Virus record (IMG/VR): IMGVR_UViG_3300043548_000722
Coordinates: 1 to 64,000 of that record
Reading direction: 5' to 3' (one strand)
Source: a virus
DNA length: 64,000 nucleotides
Under the pieces are notes generated by a model. That model searched no databases. It saw only the letters and a list, made by a program, of their open reading frames with translations, and was not told the DNA's origin. Each line of letters starts with the position of its first letter. Position 1 is the first letter of the stretch. A program made the translations under genes and the position numbers. Of this stretch, positions 54,601 to 64,000 are shown one piece after another.

Positions 54601-57600
54601 TCCCAGTGATACCCGATGTGCAGATCCGAGTTTGACCCCCACATTGGGTAGATCATTCGGCCCGCAGCAATGACATCCTCTGAATACACCCCTCCCAGAG
54701 CGTGCCCAAAGTCACTGTCGGGAGGATTGCCGTGTACCCAAATCGAACCGACGGTTTCGATGGCTGAGCCCAAGCCCGTGATTGCGGGCTCCGTCCCATC
54801 CGACTTGCGAATGAAGACGGCCGCAGCCGAGGGCGTGTGTGACCCGCCCGCAGTGTCTTCACCTTTTGCGACCACCAACGCAGGGTCTGTGCCGCGCTGA
54901 ATGACTCCAGCAGCAAACGACCTACGAACCCCGGTCGTGTAGTCGGCCCCATCAGTGTCCGGAAGTCTGAAGGCCGAGCTGTTGCCGAACCCCGATGCCT
55001 CTACAAAGAGGCCAACGGCGGTAGAGTCGACTGTCTCGGAAGAAGCGACGGCGACATGGATGCCGTCCGCAGGTGAGAACGCGTTTACGTCCACGGCGTA
55101 GCCACGGCTGACATCGTCGGCCCCGCCGTCCAAGGCAGAAAACTCCGAGTCATTGGCCGTGACAAGGATGCCTGCGCCGGTGCCTGCCCACCCCACGCGA
55201 ATGCCGATGACGGTGTCGTTTGCGCTTGCAGCCGCCGGATCCTGCTCCTGGAACACGCTCAGGGCTGCGCGGCCTGCCGCCGCGCCTCCGAACATGGGCA
55301 CTCCGACGCCCATGCGCAGATTCAGAAGCATGAACTGATGTGAGCCGGTGAAGGTCGGAGACGTACCGTCGAGATTGCGAATCGTAAGCTGGTTCGGACG
55401 GGTTTCGTAGGCTTCGTAAAGACCCGCGTACAGACCCGTGAGCACACGCACGTAGGTCTTTGCGCCGTGCGAGTTGGCCGACCGGGCTGACGTGGAGTGG
55501 TGCGTGATTGGGTACAGAGTTCGCAGATTGTCTGGATTTACGGAGACTGATGCCGAGTTCACGACTGACGTGATCACGCCACCTGACGCAAACGACCCGG
55601 TCAGGATGTCAAGATTCGAAACCGTGGTCCCATCAAGGAGCGCGGATTTCGTCACATGCTCGAAATGAGCAAAGGCCAGGTCGCTACCGACGCTGCTGCC
55701 ATTGACCTTCGTATGATGGAAACCTCCTGCCCTTACGCTCTCGGTGACGCTGCTAATTGCTGCGCGATAGTCCGTGACCAGGTCGTCAAAGATCTCCCAT
55801 GACGACACGTTGTCCGCACCGCCGCCAAGCGGCAGCACGGTGCCAATCTGATGCAGCGGAGGGACAATCTGCACAGTCCGCCCATCAATCCAGCGCGTGA
55901 TGCGCCAATCGGCGTAGTTCGTGCCGCTGATGACGAAGTTGATCGCGCGACCAACGTCCTCAAGGGTGAATGCGTCGTAGGTGCCGGAGGCATCGTATCC
56001 AGAGGCACGGAGGAGGTTCCCCTCCAGAACTTCCGCTGCGTCCACGGATGTGCGATTGGAGGCGGCCGTCGTTGCGGCGGGCGTTGCGAAAAGAGTGACT
56101 GGGCGATCAGTAACTTCTGCAAAGAAGCCGCCACCCTTGTCCTGGCCCTGTCCCTGGTAGACACCGCCGAAGTTGAGATTGCGGTGCAGGTTTCGTAGGA
56201 CCCAGCCATCGACCTCTTCTGACGAGTTGATGGCCGGGACCAGCAAGAAGTCTCGAGGCACGCGACCAAATGCGTTCTGCATGCCGAGGATGATGCGGAT
56301 ACCGCCTGCGGGAACACGCGGGATGTGCGGCTCGAACCACAGGTACAGCGAGGTTTCGAACAGTCCATTCGAGTGGACAGTGAGCGTCTCTCCCGACTGG
56401 GCGTTGAGAAGATGCAGAGACTCATCTGTTTCGTGCCGAACGACGATCTCTGTCTCCGAAACGACAGTGTCTACAACGTATCTCCCCGCGTTCGAGATTG
56501 GGGTTACAACGACCGGACCCGTTAGCTCAACGATGTCCCCTTCACGCACTCCGTTCGTGACAAACGTCGCGCCGGAGCAAATGATCGTAGCGCCATCGAT
56601 AATCTCTGTGACGCCCACAGAGCTTTGCTTCAGAGACTCTCCGCCCAAAGCATTACGGTAGAACGGGTAGTCATCTGTGCTGAGCGGTAGGTTGGCCGAC
56701 CCGTCTTCGTTGAAGGTACTCGCGCCTCCAACAATCCCGCCAGAGGGCAGGTAAGCAACGGTGCCGATGCCCACTACCTTGTCAAGAGATAGCAACTCGT
56801 TCCACTCGGAGTCGAGGACCGCAAAGTACTGAGAGATCTGCTGAAGCGAGGCGTCGGCAGGAAGATCAACGAAAATTGCGGTCTCGAGCACTGCATCGAG
56901 ATCATCGAGGTATCCGGTGGCCAGGTCGATTGAGGTCACCGCCCCCGTGAGCGCGTCATACTTCAGACGAGGGCTGTCCTCTGGGATCTCCAGCACGACA
57001 GGTACGGCCACTTCGCGGACAAGCTGGACCTGGTGGCTGTCGAGGTTCTTGGCTAGGCTGTGCAGAGCGCGATTGACGCTCTCGCTCGTCCGGTCCTCTC
57101 CACGCGCGACGAAGCTAGACCGCGGACGGTTGCCCTGCGTCAGAGCTCGCGGACTGGAAGATGCAAGGTCCCCCGCAGTCACCCGTGCAGACGGATGCGG
57201 GTTTACGTGTAGGCCAACCAGCGGAGCAAGGTCTGTGAAGCCCGCGGCAGTCGGAAGAACCTCGATAAAGGCATTGGTCCCTTCCGCAGCAACGTAGCCG
57301 GTGTTCTTGGCAACAACCTTGAGCACACCTTCGTAGGCATAGGCAGTCAGCGGGGCCGGAATGGATACCGCAGCGGCTGCGGTGTTGATCCCATCTACGA
57401 TCTGCGCCAGGGTTAGCGCAGAGACAGAGGAGAACGAAACGACCAGGCTCGCCAAGGATTCTGTCGCAAAAGTGATCGCAAAGCTGCCCGGGCTACTCGC
57501 TGCCAAGATGGCATCGATGTCGTCGAAGCCTCCGGTGGCATTGATGGGCTTGGCGCCAAAGATAACGGGCTGCGCGAGGACAGCTTTGTCCGTCTTGCTT

Positions 57601-57629
57601 GCAAGAAAGGGACGGCGTACAAAACTCAT
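51600..57629 (-). CDS. large tail fibre / baseplate-associated protein
   Basis: 2009 aa, Ser/Thr/Gly/Ala-rich and beta-rich; RGEDRTSESVNRAL motif; downstream of a collar-like gene. Confidence 0.6.
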   Translation of the reverse strand: MSFVRRPFLASKTDKAVLAQPVIFGAKPINATGGFDDIDAILAASSPGSFAITFATESLASLVVSFSSVSALTLAQIVDGINTAAAAVSIPAPLTAYAYEGVLKVVAKNTGYVAAEGTNAFIEVLPTAAGFTDLAPLVGLHVNPHPSARVTAGDLASSSPRALTQGNRPRSSFVARGEDRTSESVNRALHSLAKNLDSHQVQLVREVAVPVVLEIPEDSPRLKYDALTGAVTSIDLATGYLDDLDAVLETAIFVDLPADASLQQISQYFAVLDSEWNELLSLDKVVGIGTVAYLPSGGIVGGASTFNEDGSANLPLSTDDYPFYRNALGGESLKQSSVGVTEIIDGATIICSGATFVTNGVREGDIVELTGPVVVTPISNAGRYVVDTVVSETEIVVRHETDESLHLLNAQSGETLTVHSNGLFETSLYLWFEPHIPRVPAGGIRIILGMQNAFGRVPRDFLLVPAINSSEEVDGWVLRNLHRNLNFGGVYQGQGQDKGGGFFAEVTDRPVTLFATPAATTAASNRTSVDAAEVLEGNLLRASGYDASGTYDAFTLEDVGRAINFVISGTNYADWRITRWIDGRTVQIVPPLHQIGTVLPLGGGADNVSSWEIFDDLVTDYRAAISSVTESVRAGGFHHTKVNGSSVGSDLAFAHFEHVTKSALLDGTTVSNLDILTGSFASGGVITSVVNSASVSVNPDNLRTLYPITHHSTSARSANSHGAKTYVRVLTGLYAGLYEAYETRPNQLTIRNLDGTSPTFTGSHQFMLLNLRMGVGVPMFGGAAAGRAALSVFQEQDPAAASANDTVIGIRVGWAGTGAGILVTANDSEFSALDGGADDVSRGYAVDVNAFSPADGIHVAVASSETVDSTAVGLFVEASGFGNSSAFRLPDTDGADYTTGVRRSFAAGVIQRGTDPALVVAKGEDTAGGSHTPSAAAVFIRKSDGTEPAITGLGSAIETVGSIWVHGNPPDSDFGHALGGVYSEDVIAAGRMIYPMWGSNSDLHIGYHWDPSSSSYWAAPTTLGRPGIIRPANETDSDPIGDFTASDYTRFNLAHAGVLAVSSLGVGALPGPASSWVGCIVEVISTGERYAILAVESDGTDIFFALGGDVAITPAAGADFRLHGLRWHRSYIDIADWMQVGTYQALKTLDQLPLLSSDSNSLDERADSTVDRSGNSKTLSFVQWALTTDGAGIGAAEDYDPISAPLLFESSAWSGSAESPHHTTPWATYSNEPRPPFYADETVDTTASDFALTDIRKVGLGGALSYQPTHGGTLIVTRAATATVLRQRGRRYIWKDHLRLKIRLRAASGGTAAPVTVGLAMVTASGTTVASDSVSVVSFVSSGAVEIRSYEATLAVNGVVDRASSALQESRLDEELFLQITVPADPTTSTYMAFQEISVQHDTDPLKVSGPVLTSGHVAAHGFRFANAVKGYQTLGPADTKLLGGQDYGVNMGWQRDYDLSTSTSFTPPTSTYSMGMQELRGGPGLLRTVNSQTILGVKTTQQILSDTSGQPSPANAWTYGNNLRTLMLEPMPDASSEILKFSWGTAYEDADAAWVVLDSAHTADPLDTAVSEAFMEFLATCEKLASAAIRQYEDTEPRVVSRNEEFYVALVNAAYALRGECASIRETLSAGQGDLIESLINSIPEDRWIRPSVDMYRLFDIGVNSATITLYTAAFDPLWYALHGHLTVNSSWSVNDVDIPRDSFIPPGFVGFTMPVDAPHGSVLSEVSISLSMRPSSSTCWGIYKRAPEIFWKIGSGATFEEVSDVSQWEPNAGVLVELWRFNTLDTAFDQDDFARWNEHEPEFGFGEIIWSGEVDLPAVGDNADATNEVEEAWEYSAPFIGSSPLSVFARKEYFVKKRLHLPDEAISAAALRVDRRHFAYALVIRFIGGPRRTPNALGTGEVLPFNLSDAVGLTSVSPDSSFDFPVIVQPQYQPTTTTVSTLAEAVAFSFGKFGKAIAVGTSDPGPFVDGDTNWAHRAISTMYPPNVKFRGARIGWLTDRAGDKGWG

Positions 57630-58243
57630 AGGAAGCGGACCTCCCAGATCACGCGCAGAGTAAACGAAGTGGTCTTGGTTACGGGCTCAAATGTCTTGTA
57701 GGCCATTGGTGCCCGATCCGCGACGGCCATACCAGTCGGAGTCGCAGTGCGACTCCAGTTGTTGTCCGGATCTCCGTCCGTGAACAGCCCGGCCTCCGTG
57801 AGAATCACGTTGTCCGGCAGGCTGATCTCTGTCTGCCCATATTCCCGGATGAACCGCACCGCCGTCCTGGAGGACGTGGAGGACAACACGGGGAAGGTAG
57901 CAGGGACTCTGACTCTCGCCAGGAACTCTCCTGGAACGTACGGGACGCCGCTGACAAGCTGCGAGATGTTTGCGACCTCGGGCTGGGATCCTACGCCGAG
58001 GCCGATGAACGCAATGCGGTCATTCCGAAAAAATTCGTCGCCTGAAAAGTTCTTAAGAGAGATTAGTTCGGCCAAGTACTCACGGCCCGTGAGCGTCCAG
58101 ATGTTCGAGCCTTCGACATGCTGACGGCACTTGCCGTTTTCGAAGCTGTCGATCGTGACGAACCCTTCGATGGCCGGAGCTGAGGCATGGTCCTTGACCA
58201 CTTTACGGCCAAAGAACGGCAGTAGGCGCGCGATGTTCAGCAT
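57626..58243 (-). CDS. tail-collar/baseplate-fibre attachment protein
   Basis: TLTGREYLA...IGLGVG...LTEAGLF...AYKTFEPVTKT..VIWEVRF pattern typical of myophage fibre N-domains. Confidence 0.6.
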   Translation of the reverse strand: MLNIARLLPFFGRKVVKDHASAPAIEGFVTIDSFENGKCRQHVEGSNIWTLTGREYLAELISLKNFSGDEFFRNDRIAFIGLGVGSQPEVANISQLVSGVPYVPGEFLARVRVPATFPVLSSTSSRTAVRFIREYGQTEISLPDNVILTEAGLFTDGDPDNNWSRTATPTGMAVADRAPMAYKTFEPVTKTTSFTLRVIWEVRFL

Positions 58244-58425
58244 ACTTCGAGTCTCCGGATGATCTCTTTGGCCTCGTCCACAGTAACACCGAAGTTGAAC
58301 GCAATCACTTCGGGGTTGAGAGGTTTGCCGTCCGCAGACTGAATACCTCCTCTACGCGCTCCCTTGGCGCCGCCCTCAATCTTAAGGGAGTCAACGACTC
58401 TTGGCTGTTCTTTGTTCCTGATCAT
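58237..58425 (-). CDS. small hypothetical protein
   Basis: 62 aa, overlaps both neighbours. Confidence 0.55.
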   Translation of the reverse strand: MIRNKEQPRVVDSLKIEGGAKGARRGGIQSADGKPLNPEVIAFNFGVTVDEAKEIIRRLEVC

Positions 58426-61400
58426 CGCTTACCCTGCGAAGGCGTTTCTTTACGGAAGATACGACCGATGACAGACGCGGGTTCTGGAGTCATTTCTGCG
58501 ATCGTGAACTGGGTAGCAGAGTTTACTTCGATGATTGGGAACAGAAAGTGATCTGTCCCGTAATCAAACTCAAAAAAGTCTCCTGGACGAACCCCAAGCT
58601 CTTCAATATCGTGGCTTGCATCCGAGATAGTAACGACCGCGGTCCCGTCAATGTCAAAGCCTACTGCGGGAGTATACGTCGAAACAATCGCGGCTTCGTC
58701 TGCGGGGAAGATACCGTCGATTGTGATGGTCCCTCCGTCGACCTCCGCAATGGTGTAGACGCCGTGCGAAAGGCTGCCAGCACTAGGAGCGACCACAAGC
58801 AGGTCTCCTGCTGAGGCGGCAAAGGACCCCGTGAGGGTGCTTCCTGAAAGAGTGACCGGACCGGCAGCGTCGACCACCGTCAGGGGACGATAGATATCGA
58901 TCTCTATGTCGTCATAGCCCATGAGCCGCTCAAGACGTGGATCTGTGTCTCCGTCGAATTCTTCGTATACCTGTTTGCGAATTTCTACATTTTCTATGAG
59001 ACGCTCGACAGGTCGGCTCAAGAAAACCTGATCTCCGTAGATCGCTACAATTTTATAGGCAGCCCCGGTGTCCGTATCATAGAGAGTGTCTTCGCGCTCG
59101 ACATTCTTTAGATCGATATCGGCAATCTCAATTACAGAGACTCCGAGTGTCGCGGTACTCGCGCTTCCGGAGTAAACCGGGTTCTTCGTCAGTGACCACC
59201 GTTCAATACGGTACTCGGCGCTCTCATCGGGGTCCGGAAGAGGAGTCGCGAGAGTAAGTGCCGTTTCCTGATCTGCAAAGAGATCTGGGGTTCCCGTGTT
59301 GGAGGTCGCGTAGAGAGCCCAGTCAAATACTCCGAGATCTTGGATTACATAGACGCCGCGGTTTGGCCCACTCAGAATGATGACGCGGTCATCCGCGGTC
59401 ACACCCGAGGACCGGAACGCAGCATTGTCGTCTCGCAGGACGTGGTGCTCAAAGAACTCCGCGTCATCTCCAAAGGTACTGTCTACCGCAAATGAAGTCC
59501 CTTCATAGATGATGTGAGAGTCATCGCGAAGAACTTGGAACTGGGCAGCAGAATCCGCCGCAAGAGAGGAGATCGGTTTGGTGTACGGAGTGCTGTCTGC
59601 GTCCTCATCAATGCGGAGTTCCGTGTCGCTAACGACCTCCGCAACAATGTACATTCCACGATTGGGGCCGGAGATGATGACCAGCCGATCTCCAGCTTGA
59701 ATGAGATTGCGCCCGAATACCGTGACTTCGCCCGGAAAGGCGGAGTTGATCCTGGGGAGCGAGGTAACATCCCCGCTGAACCCGCCTCTTGCGGAGGTCA
59801 CGGTATCCGAGCCTGCTTCGAACTCGAGGTCGTCTCCCTGAAACAGTGTGCGCGTACTGCGGCTTCCGAAATCGAAACGACGAAGGGCTTGTCCACTGCC
59901 GTTGAGGTCATCAAAGGCCCGTGTGGACTCCGTGCTAAACGCAGGGTCATCCATCAGGTGGAGATCCATCCCAAGGGTGGGGCGTGCGTCTACCGTCACG
60001 GAGTCAAGCAGCGACAAGACTGCAACGATCTGGGGCTTCGTGTAGATCGGCCGGATTCGGTTCAGGAACTCTGTGGCCAATGGAATGTCGCGCGAGTCTA
60101 CTGCGCGCACATCAATCTCAGCCTGCCAAGTATGATACTTGCGCAGCTCGACTTCTCCGGGAACGGCAGAGTACTCTCGCCACCAAGTCGGGGACACGAC
60201 GTTGTCTGTCAAGATCACTGCGTTGGTGAGCGGAGTGAAGGGCGGAAGGAAGTCACCGACCGCAAAAACGCTACCCGTAAGGGGATTGATCCCTAGACCC
60301 TTAAACTTTTCTATGCTGTAGAGATCTGAGCGAGGATAGCGGAAAACGCTGAAAATTCCCGTACCTAGCCCCTCAGCATCAAGCTCCTCAGTGATTACAC
60401 GACCGTAGAGGTCCGTGTATTCTGGATCAATCTGAACAATCTCACTTGGCTTCTCTGTGACGGGCAGATCCAACAGGATGTGCGCGCCAATTTCGGCTGA
60501 GCGAAGTGTTGGACCAGAGGCCCACGCGTACATCAGTCCGGCAACTGCCGCACGATACGAAATCTGAGTCGTTCCATATGCGTCAAGATCTGCTTTAGTA
60601 ATGTTGACGAGAACGCCAAAGTTATCTTCGATGTATTTGAAATTATCAATCAGCGTGAGTGGGGCCCAAAGGGTTTCTGGTGCAGGGCTACTGGGTGTGA
60701 ACCGGGACGAAAATTCGATGAACCGTCCCTGCCCACGGCGACGAATCACATACTCGATGGACTGTTGATCGGCGACTGGGAAGAGCCCGTCCGCAACACG
60801 CGGGCTGACTCTTAACTCACGTTCTGAAGTCACGGAGGTGATTGCGTAGGTCCCCTGGCTAAGCCCCGTCAAGATTTCCAGTTCGTCCCCGGGACGAATT
60901 CCATGAAACACCAGAGAGTAGTCAGCGATACCGACGACGGGCGACCGCGCTCGCGTCGTCAACGCAGTGCCCCGATGCTCCGTGCCCGTGATGCTAAAGT
61001 CATTGTTTTCGGACAACTTGATCGGAAGCCGTGACAGCGAGCTAGTAGTGTCATCCTCGTGGATAAGGATGGTGCTCGATCCCTGAGATTCCACGCGCTC
61101 TGGTGAGATGTACTCAAACAATGCTGGAATCGAGTAAACCGGCTCTTCTGCCTCACCACTCGGATCAAGCGGAATCCTCGTATTTCGAATAACTCGTGTT
61201 GGACTAATCTGGATGTCAAAGAAACCCGTCAAGGAAATATTAGTGGTCGGGTCCAGTGGGAGGTTCTGGTACGAATTGCGAAACTCCCTGCTGTGAAAAA
61301 TCTCGTAGATGTCCAGCGCGGACTCAGTGTAGAGCGCCTCCCCACTTTCCGACAGCGTCACGGTCGGAATTGCCAGCTCTCGCGACATCCTCTCCAGATC

Positions 61401-63194
61401 AGTCGCGTCAATCTGTCCCTTGTGGTAGTTGCCATTTCCATCGGCGCCGAATGATATTGCCGAAGTCCCCAGCTCGAAGGCAATTTTATTTCCGGCGACA
61501 CCGAGTACCTGAGCCTTAAAGACCGAGCCGATCTCAAGGTCTGTCCGGAAGACGGTGAACTGGAGTACGTCTCCGGCAGACACGCCCAGCTTCTCGAAGT
61601 CGTCGATGGTGTCTGAGCGCAGAGTGGGACACACTCTCCAGCGAATCCCCTCTCTGCCTGATGGCGCGGTCGCGGACTTAAGAGTGACTGCCCAGAGATT
61701 ACCGCGCCCACCCTCCTCAACTGGGGAGAACCCCTCGAGAAGCTCGTAGGTGGCGACTTCGTGACCTACGCCGTCCAGGACGATTATCCTGTCCTCGAAT
61801 CCTGCTTTTAGATCAATCGAGTAAAGGACCTCTTCTGGAAAGATGGTCCCCTCGATCTTTGCAGAAGTGACAACCCCCGTCAGGCTCTGGTTCAGAGATG
61901 CGATCTCTATAGCAGCTCCTGCCCGAGATCCCGACAAGATGCGTAGACGTGCCCCTTCGACTGAGTCGAGGACATGCCGGCTCTCTAGACGCACTTGAAA
62001 ATTGTCGATCACGTATCCCGTGCCGACCAGTGAAACCGTGTCTAAGGCTGGAAGACTTGCTTCGCCCTGCGGAATGTAGACGGTATTTGTGAACGCAGTT
62101 TGAGGGCTCTTAAAGCTGGCCCGGACAGACTTGAGAAGCCGGTACTTAATGTTTGAGGCGCGTACCGGCATCGGCGTGATCAGGCGAAGTCTCGTCGTCG
62201 ACAAGACCTCACCCACTGCGTAGTAGCCAGCATTCGCACCGATAAGAACCTGAAGGTAGTCTCCGGCCTTTGCTGCTGCGAAGGGCGCGGCGCTGTCGTA
62301 CACCTCGAAGTAAGATGAGGCGTCTACGACGAGTGTTGTGCCAGAAGCGATCTCCTCCCGCCCAGCAAACGGAACCTCATCTGAAACAATGTAGCCAGAC
62401 GCATCTGCATTGATGCGGTTGATCAAGTACTGCCCACGGCTTGTGCCGGAGAACAGTGTCATCGTCGTCCCAATGGCACGGACGGTGGTGGGTCCGGAGA
62501 CCAGCACCTCCTTTGCTGAGATAACGACTGCGCTTGCGACGAATGTCACAGAACCCGTGAAGGCTCCGGATCCACTCTGGGACCCTCCATACACAATGTC
62601 GAGAGTATCTGGATCAAGTTTAAGAGCTGGTGAATAATTCAGCCATTTCTTCTGGAATAGCGGCTGAATTGTAGCAATTGATTTTGCGCGATCGATCTGA
62701 ATCGCGCGCAAAAAGTCAGAAGCGACAGCCTGTGTCATTCCGGACCATACGATCGGAAAAATCTCTCGATCGTTAACCAGACTCCAGAAGTCGGAAAGCA
62801 CGTCAAACATGAACGTGCCGTCCACATCTACTCGCTTTACCGCAGGAACAACGGCAGGAGAGAAGAACACGGACGCTGTGACCGTGTCGCTCCTGACTCC
62901 GTCTGCCTCTACATAAAGAGAGACGGTATATGTTCCAGTGAGGTCTCCCTCAAGATCTACCGCCTTTTCCGAGTTCTCTGACAGGTCCAGGGCGGCTGCG
63001 CTATCGACCGGCCGTGCAGAAAGTGACCAAAATAGCGTAAGGTTGTCGTAGGAACCCTGGACAGTCGAGCCCGCACCGCTGAACTGCACACGAGACCCGA
63101 CAATCCCTGTCGCCTCACTGGGAGTGATTTGAGCAACCGGCTTTGCTCTGAAGGGCTCTACAGCAAAGCGATGAGTCTCGGTTGCTCTACTCAT
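58422..63194 (-). CDS. large baseplate wedge-like structural protein with N-terminal PKD/Ig-like domain
   Basis: 1590 aa; PKD-like N-terminus; repeated GD-x-L-x-I-x2-G-x-N-x-G-x-Y-x-(V/I) modules; FLNRIRPIYT wedge-like motif. Confidence 0.6.
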   Translation of the reverse strand: MSRATETHRFAVEPFRAKPVAQITPSEATGIVGSRVQFSGAGSTVQGSYDNLTLFWSLSARPVDSAAALDLSENSEKAVDLEGDLTGTYTVSLYVEADGVRSDTVTASVFFSPAVVPAVKRVDVDGTFMFDVLSDFWSLVNDREIFPIVWSGMTQAVASDFLRAIQIDRAKSIATIQPLFQKKWLNYSPALKLDPDTLDIVYGGSQSGSGAFTGSVTFVASAVVISAKEVLVSGPTTVRAIGTTMTLFSGTSRGQYLINRINADASGYIVSDEVPFAGREEIASGTTLVVDASSYFEVYDSAAPFAAAKAGDYLQVLIGANAGYYAVGEVLSTTRLRLITPMPVRASNIKYRLLKSVRASFKSPQTAFTNTVYIPQGEASLPALDTVSLVGTGYVIDNFQVRLESRHVLDSVEGARLRILSGSRAGAAIEIASLNQSLTGVVTSAKIEGTIFPEEVLYSIDLKAGFEDRIIVLDGVGHEVATYELLEGFSPVEEGGRGNLWAVTLKSATAPSGREGIRWRVCPTLRSDTIDDFEKLGVSAGDVLQFTVFRTDLEIGSVFKAQVLGVAGNKIAFELGTSAISFGADGNGNYHKGQIDATDLERMSRELAIPTVTLSESGEALYTESALDIYEIFHSREFRNSYQNLPLDPTTNISLTGFFDIQISPTRVIRNTRIPLDPSGEAEEPVYSIPALFEYISPERVESQGSSTILIHEDDTTSSLSRLPIKLSENNDFSITGTEHRGTALTTRARSPVVGIADYSLVFHGIRPGDELEILTGLSQGTYAITSVTSERELRVSPRVADGLFPVADQQSIEYVIRRRGQGRFIEFSSRFTPSSPAPETLWAPLTLIDNFKYIEDNFGVLVNITKADLDAYGTTQISYRAAVAGLMYAWASGPTLRSAEIGAHILLDLPVTEKPSEIVQIDPEYTDLYGRVITEELDAEGLGTGIFSVFRYPRSDLYSIEKFKGLGINPLTGSVFAVGDFLPPFTPLTNAVILTDNVVSPTWWREYSAVPGEVELRKYHTWQAEIDVRAVDSRDIPLATEFLNRIRPIYTKPQIVAVLSLLDSVTVDARPTLGMDLHLMDDPAFSTESTRAFDDLNGSGQALRRFDFGSRSTRTLFQGDDLEFEAGSDTVTSARGGFSGDVTSLPRINSAFPGEVTVFGRNLIQAGDRLVIISGPNRGMYIVAEVVSDTELRIDEDADSTPYTKPISSLAADSAAQFQVLRDDSHIIYEGTSFAVDSTFGDDAEFFEHHVLRDDNAAFRSSGVTADDRVIILSGPNRGVYVIQDLGVFDWALYATSNTGTPDLFADQETALTLATPLPDPDESAEYRIERWSLTKNPVYSGSASTATLGVSVIEIADIDLKNVEREDTLYDTDTGAAYKIVAIYGDQVFLSRPVERLIENVEIRKQVYEEFDGDTDPRLERLMGYDDIEIDIYRPLTVVDAAGPVTLSGSTLTGSFAASAGDLLVVAPSAGSLSHGVYTIAEVDGGTITIDGIFPADEAAIVSTYTPAVGFDIDGTAVVTISDASHDIEELGVRPGDFFEFDYGTDHFLFPIIEVNSATQFTIAEMTPEPASVIGRIFRKETPSQGKR

Positions 63195-64000
63195 TAGGCG
63201 GTGTCCGTGAGGTCGATGAACACGTTGGCTTTCGCGCCGTAGATTTTACTCTCTAGTACCGATCGTGGCGACTGGAGAGTGACGGCGTAATCGTATCCAG
63301 ATCCGAGGCCAACCGCCGCCGAACGAAGGTTGACTGACATACGATTGTACACTGAACCGAACTTTAGGGTGGGAATCGAGCCAATCGATACGGTCTTGCC
63401 GTCCAGAATGTTGTCCACCGTGGCGCGCTTCGCGGACCCGCTGTCTGCCCATGGGATGTCAATGCTGGGCTCCTCTTCAAAGTCAATGAAGAGTCTGACG
63501 CTCTTGCCAGGCAAAATCACAAGAAGGTATGTGTGCTCTACGGAGAGGTCAATCGGTGCTGAGATCAGTCTTCCGACTTCGGACTCTGGGTTGAGTACCT
63601 CCAGAACATCTTGTGTGTCCTGGCTCACGAATACGAAAGTCTCGGATCGATCTTCTGCCGTTACAAACTGGAGCTGAACGAAGGTGTCTGCCGCGCTGGC
63701 GCGCACTGCCATCAGCGCGGCACTCGCCATGCGAACTGGATCCACCTGCTCAAGCTGGTCTACGATCTCCACGATCTTGGCCTGGGCGAATACCGCGATG
63801 CCAGTGACATACTCTGTATATTCGTCCGCAGTAAAGGAGATGTGGTAAAACCCGACGAGATCACTTGCGTCCGGCTCGATTACAGCCACGTCGTCTACAA
63901 TTGAGACTGGCGCGGAGCCTTCGTAGGTCCAAGCAGAAAAGTCTCCTGCGTAGGCGACTTCCTTTACGGGCATGAAAATAAAGTTCTCAATCGCAAAGAT
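63194..64000 (-). CDS. C-terminal part of a structural protein (starts beyond the right edge)
   Basis: The frame of track ORF 63194..63973 stays open to 64000 (IFAIENFIF-M...) and has no SD before that ATG. Confidence 0.6.
   Translation of the reverse strand: MFAIENFIFMPVKEVAYAGDFSAWTYEGSAPVSIVDDVAVIEPDASDLVGFYHISFTADEYTEYVTGIAVFAQAKIVEIVDQLEQVDPVRMASAALMAVRASAADTFVQLQFVTAEDRSETFVFVSQDTQDVLEVLNPESEVGRLISAPIDLSVEHTYLLVILPGKSVRLFIDFEEEPSIDIPWADSGSAKRATVDNILDGKTVSIGSIPTLKFGSVYNRMSVNLRSAAVGLGSGYDYAVTLQSPRSVLESKIYGAKANVFIDLTDTA

Overview
This is a 64 kb slice of a large, GC-rich tailed dsDNA phage (Caudoviricetes, probably contractile-tailed and jumbo-class); the host cannot be determined from the sequence. 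It has three blocks. (1) 1-36.9 kb, minus strand: virion morphogenesis genes (portal, terminase large subunit, prohead protease, scaffold, decoration, major capsid, head-tail joining, tail sheath N-terminus, tail spike). This block also holds a 2116-aa single-chain beta-beta' RNA polymerase and is interrupted by three small plus-strand islands. (2) 37.0-51.6 kb, plus strand: replication and recombination genes (SF2 helicase, atypical family-4 UDG, DnaB, DnaG, putative SSB, family A DNA polymerase, HU-like, RecA, Hjc-like, Cas4-like, UvsY-like, RusA-like). (3) 51.6-64 kb, minus strand: baseplate and tail-fibre genes. The strongest unexplained signal is a K-x-A(-S) peptide motif. It is heavily enriched in about a dozen uncharacterised head-region proteins and nearly absent elsewhere, and it often bounds variable glycine-zipper hydrophobic modules and one HiPIP-like module. 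I infer a protease-processed, modular virion cargo system, possibly working with the fused RNAP and a GTCATAA promoter-like motif found at the heads of the plus-strand units. All calls come from motif recognition by eye; no database searches were run. I saw no tRNA, rRNA, CRISPR array, integrase or transposase.
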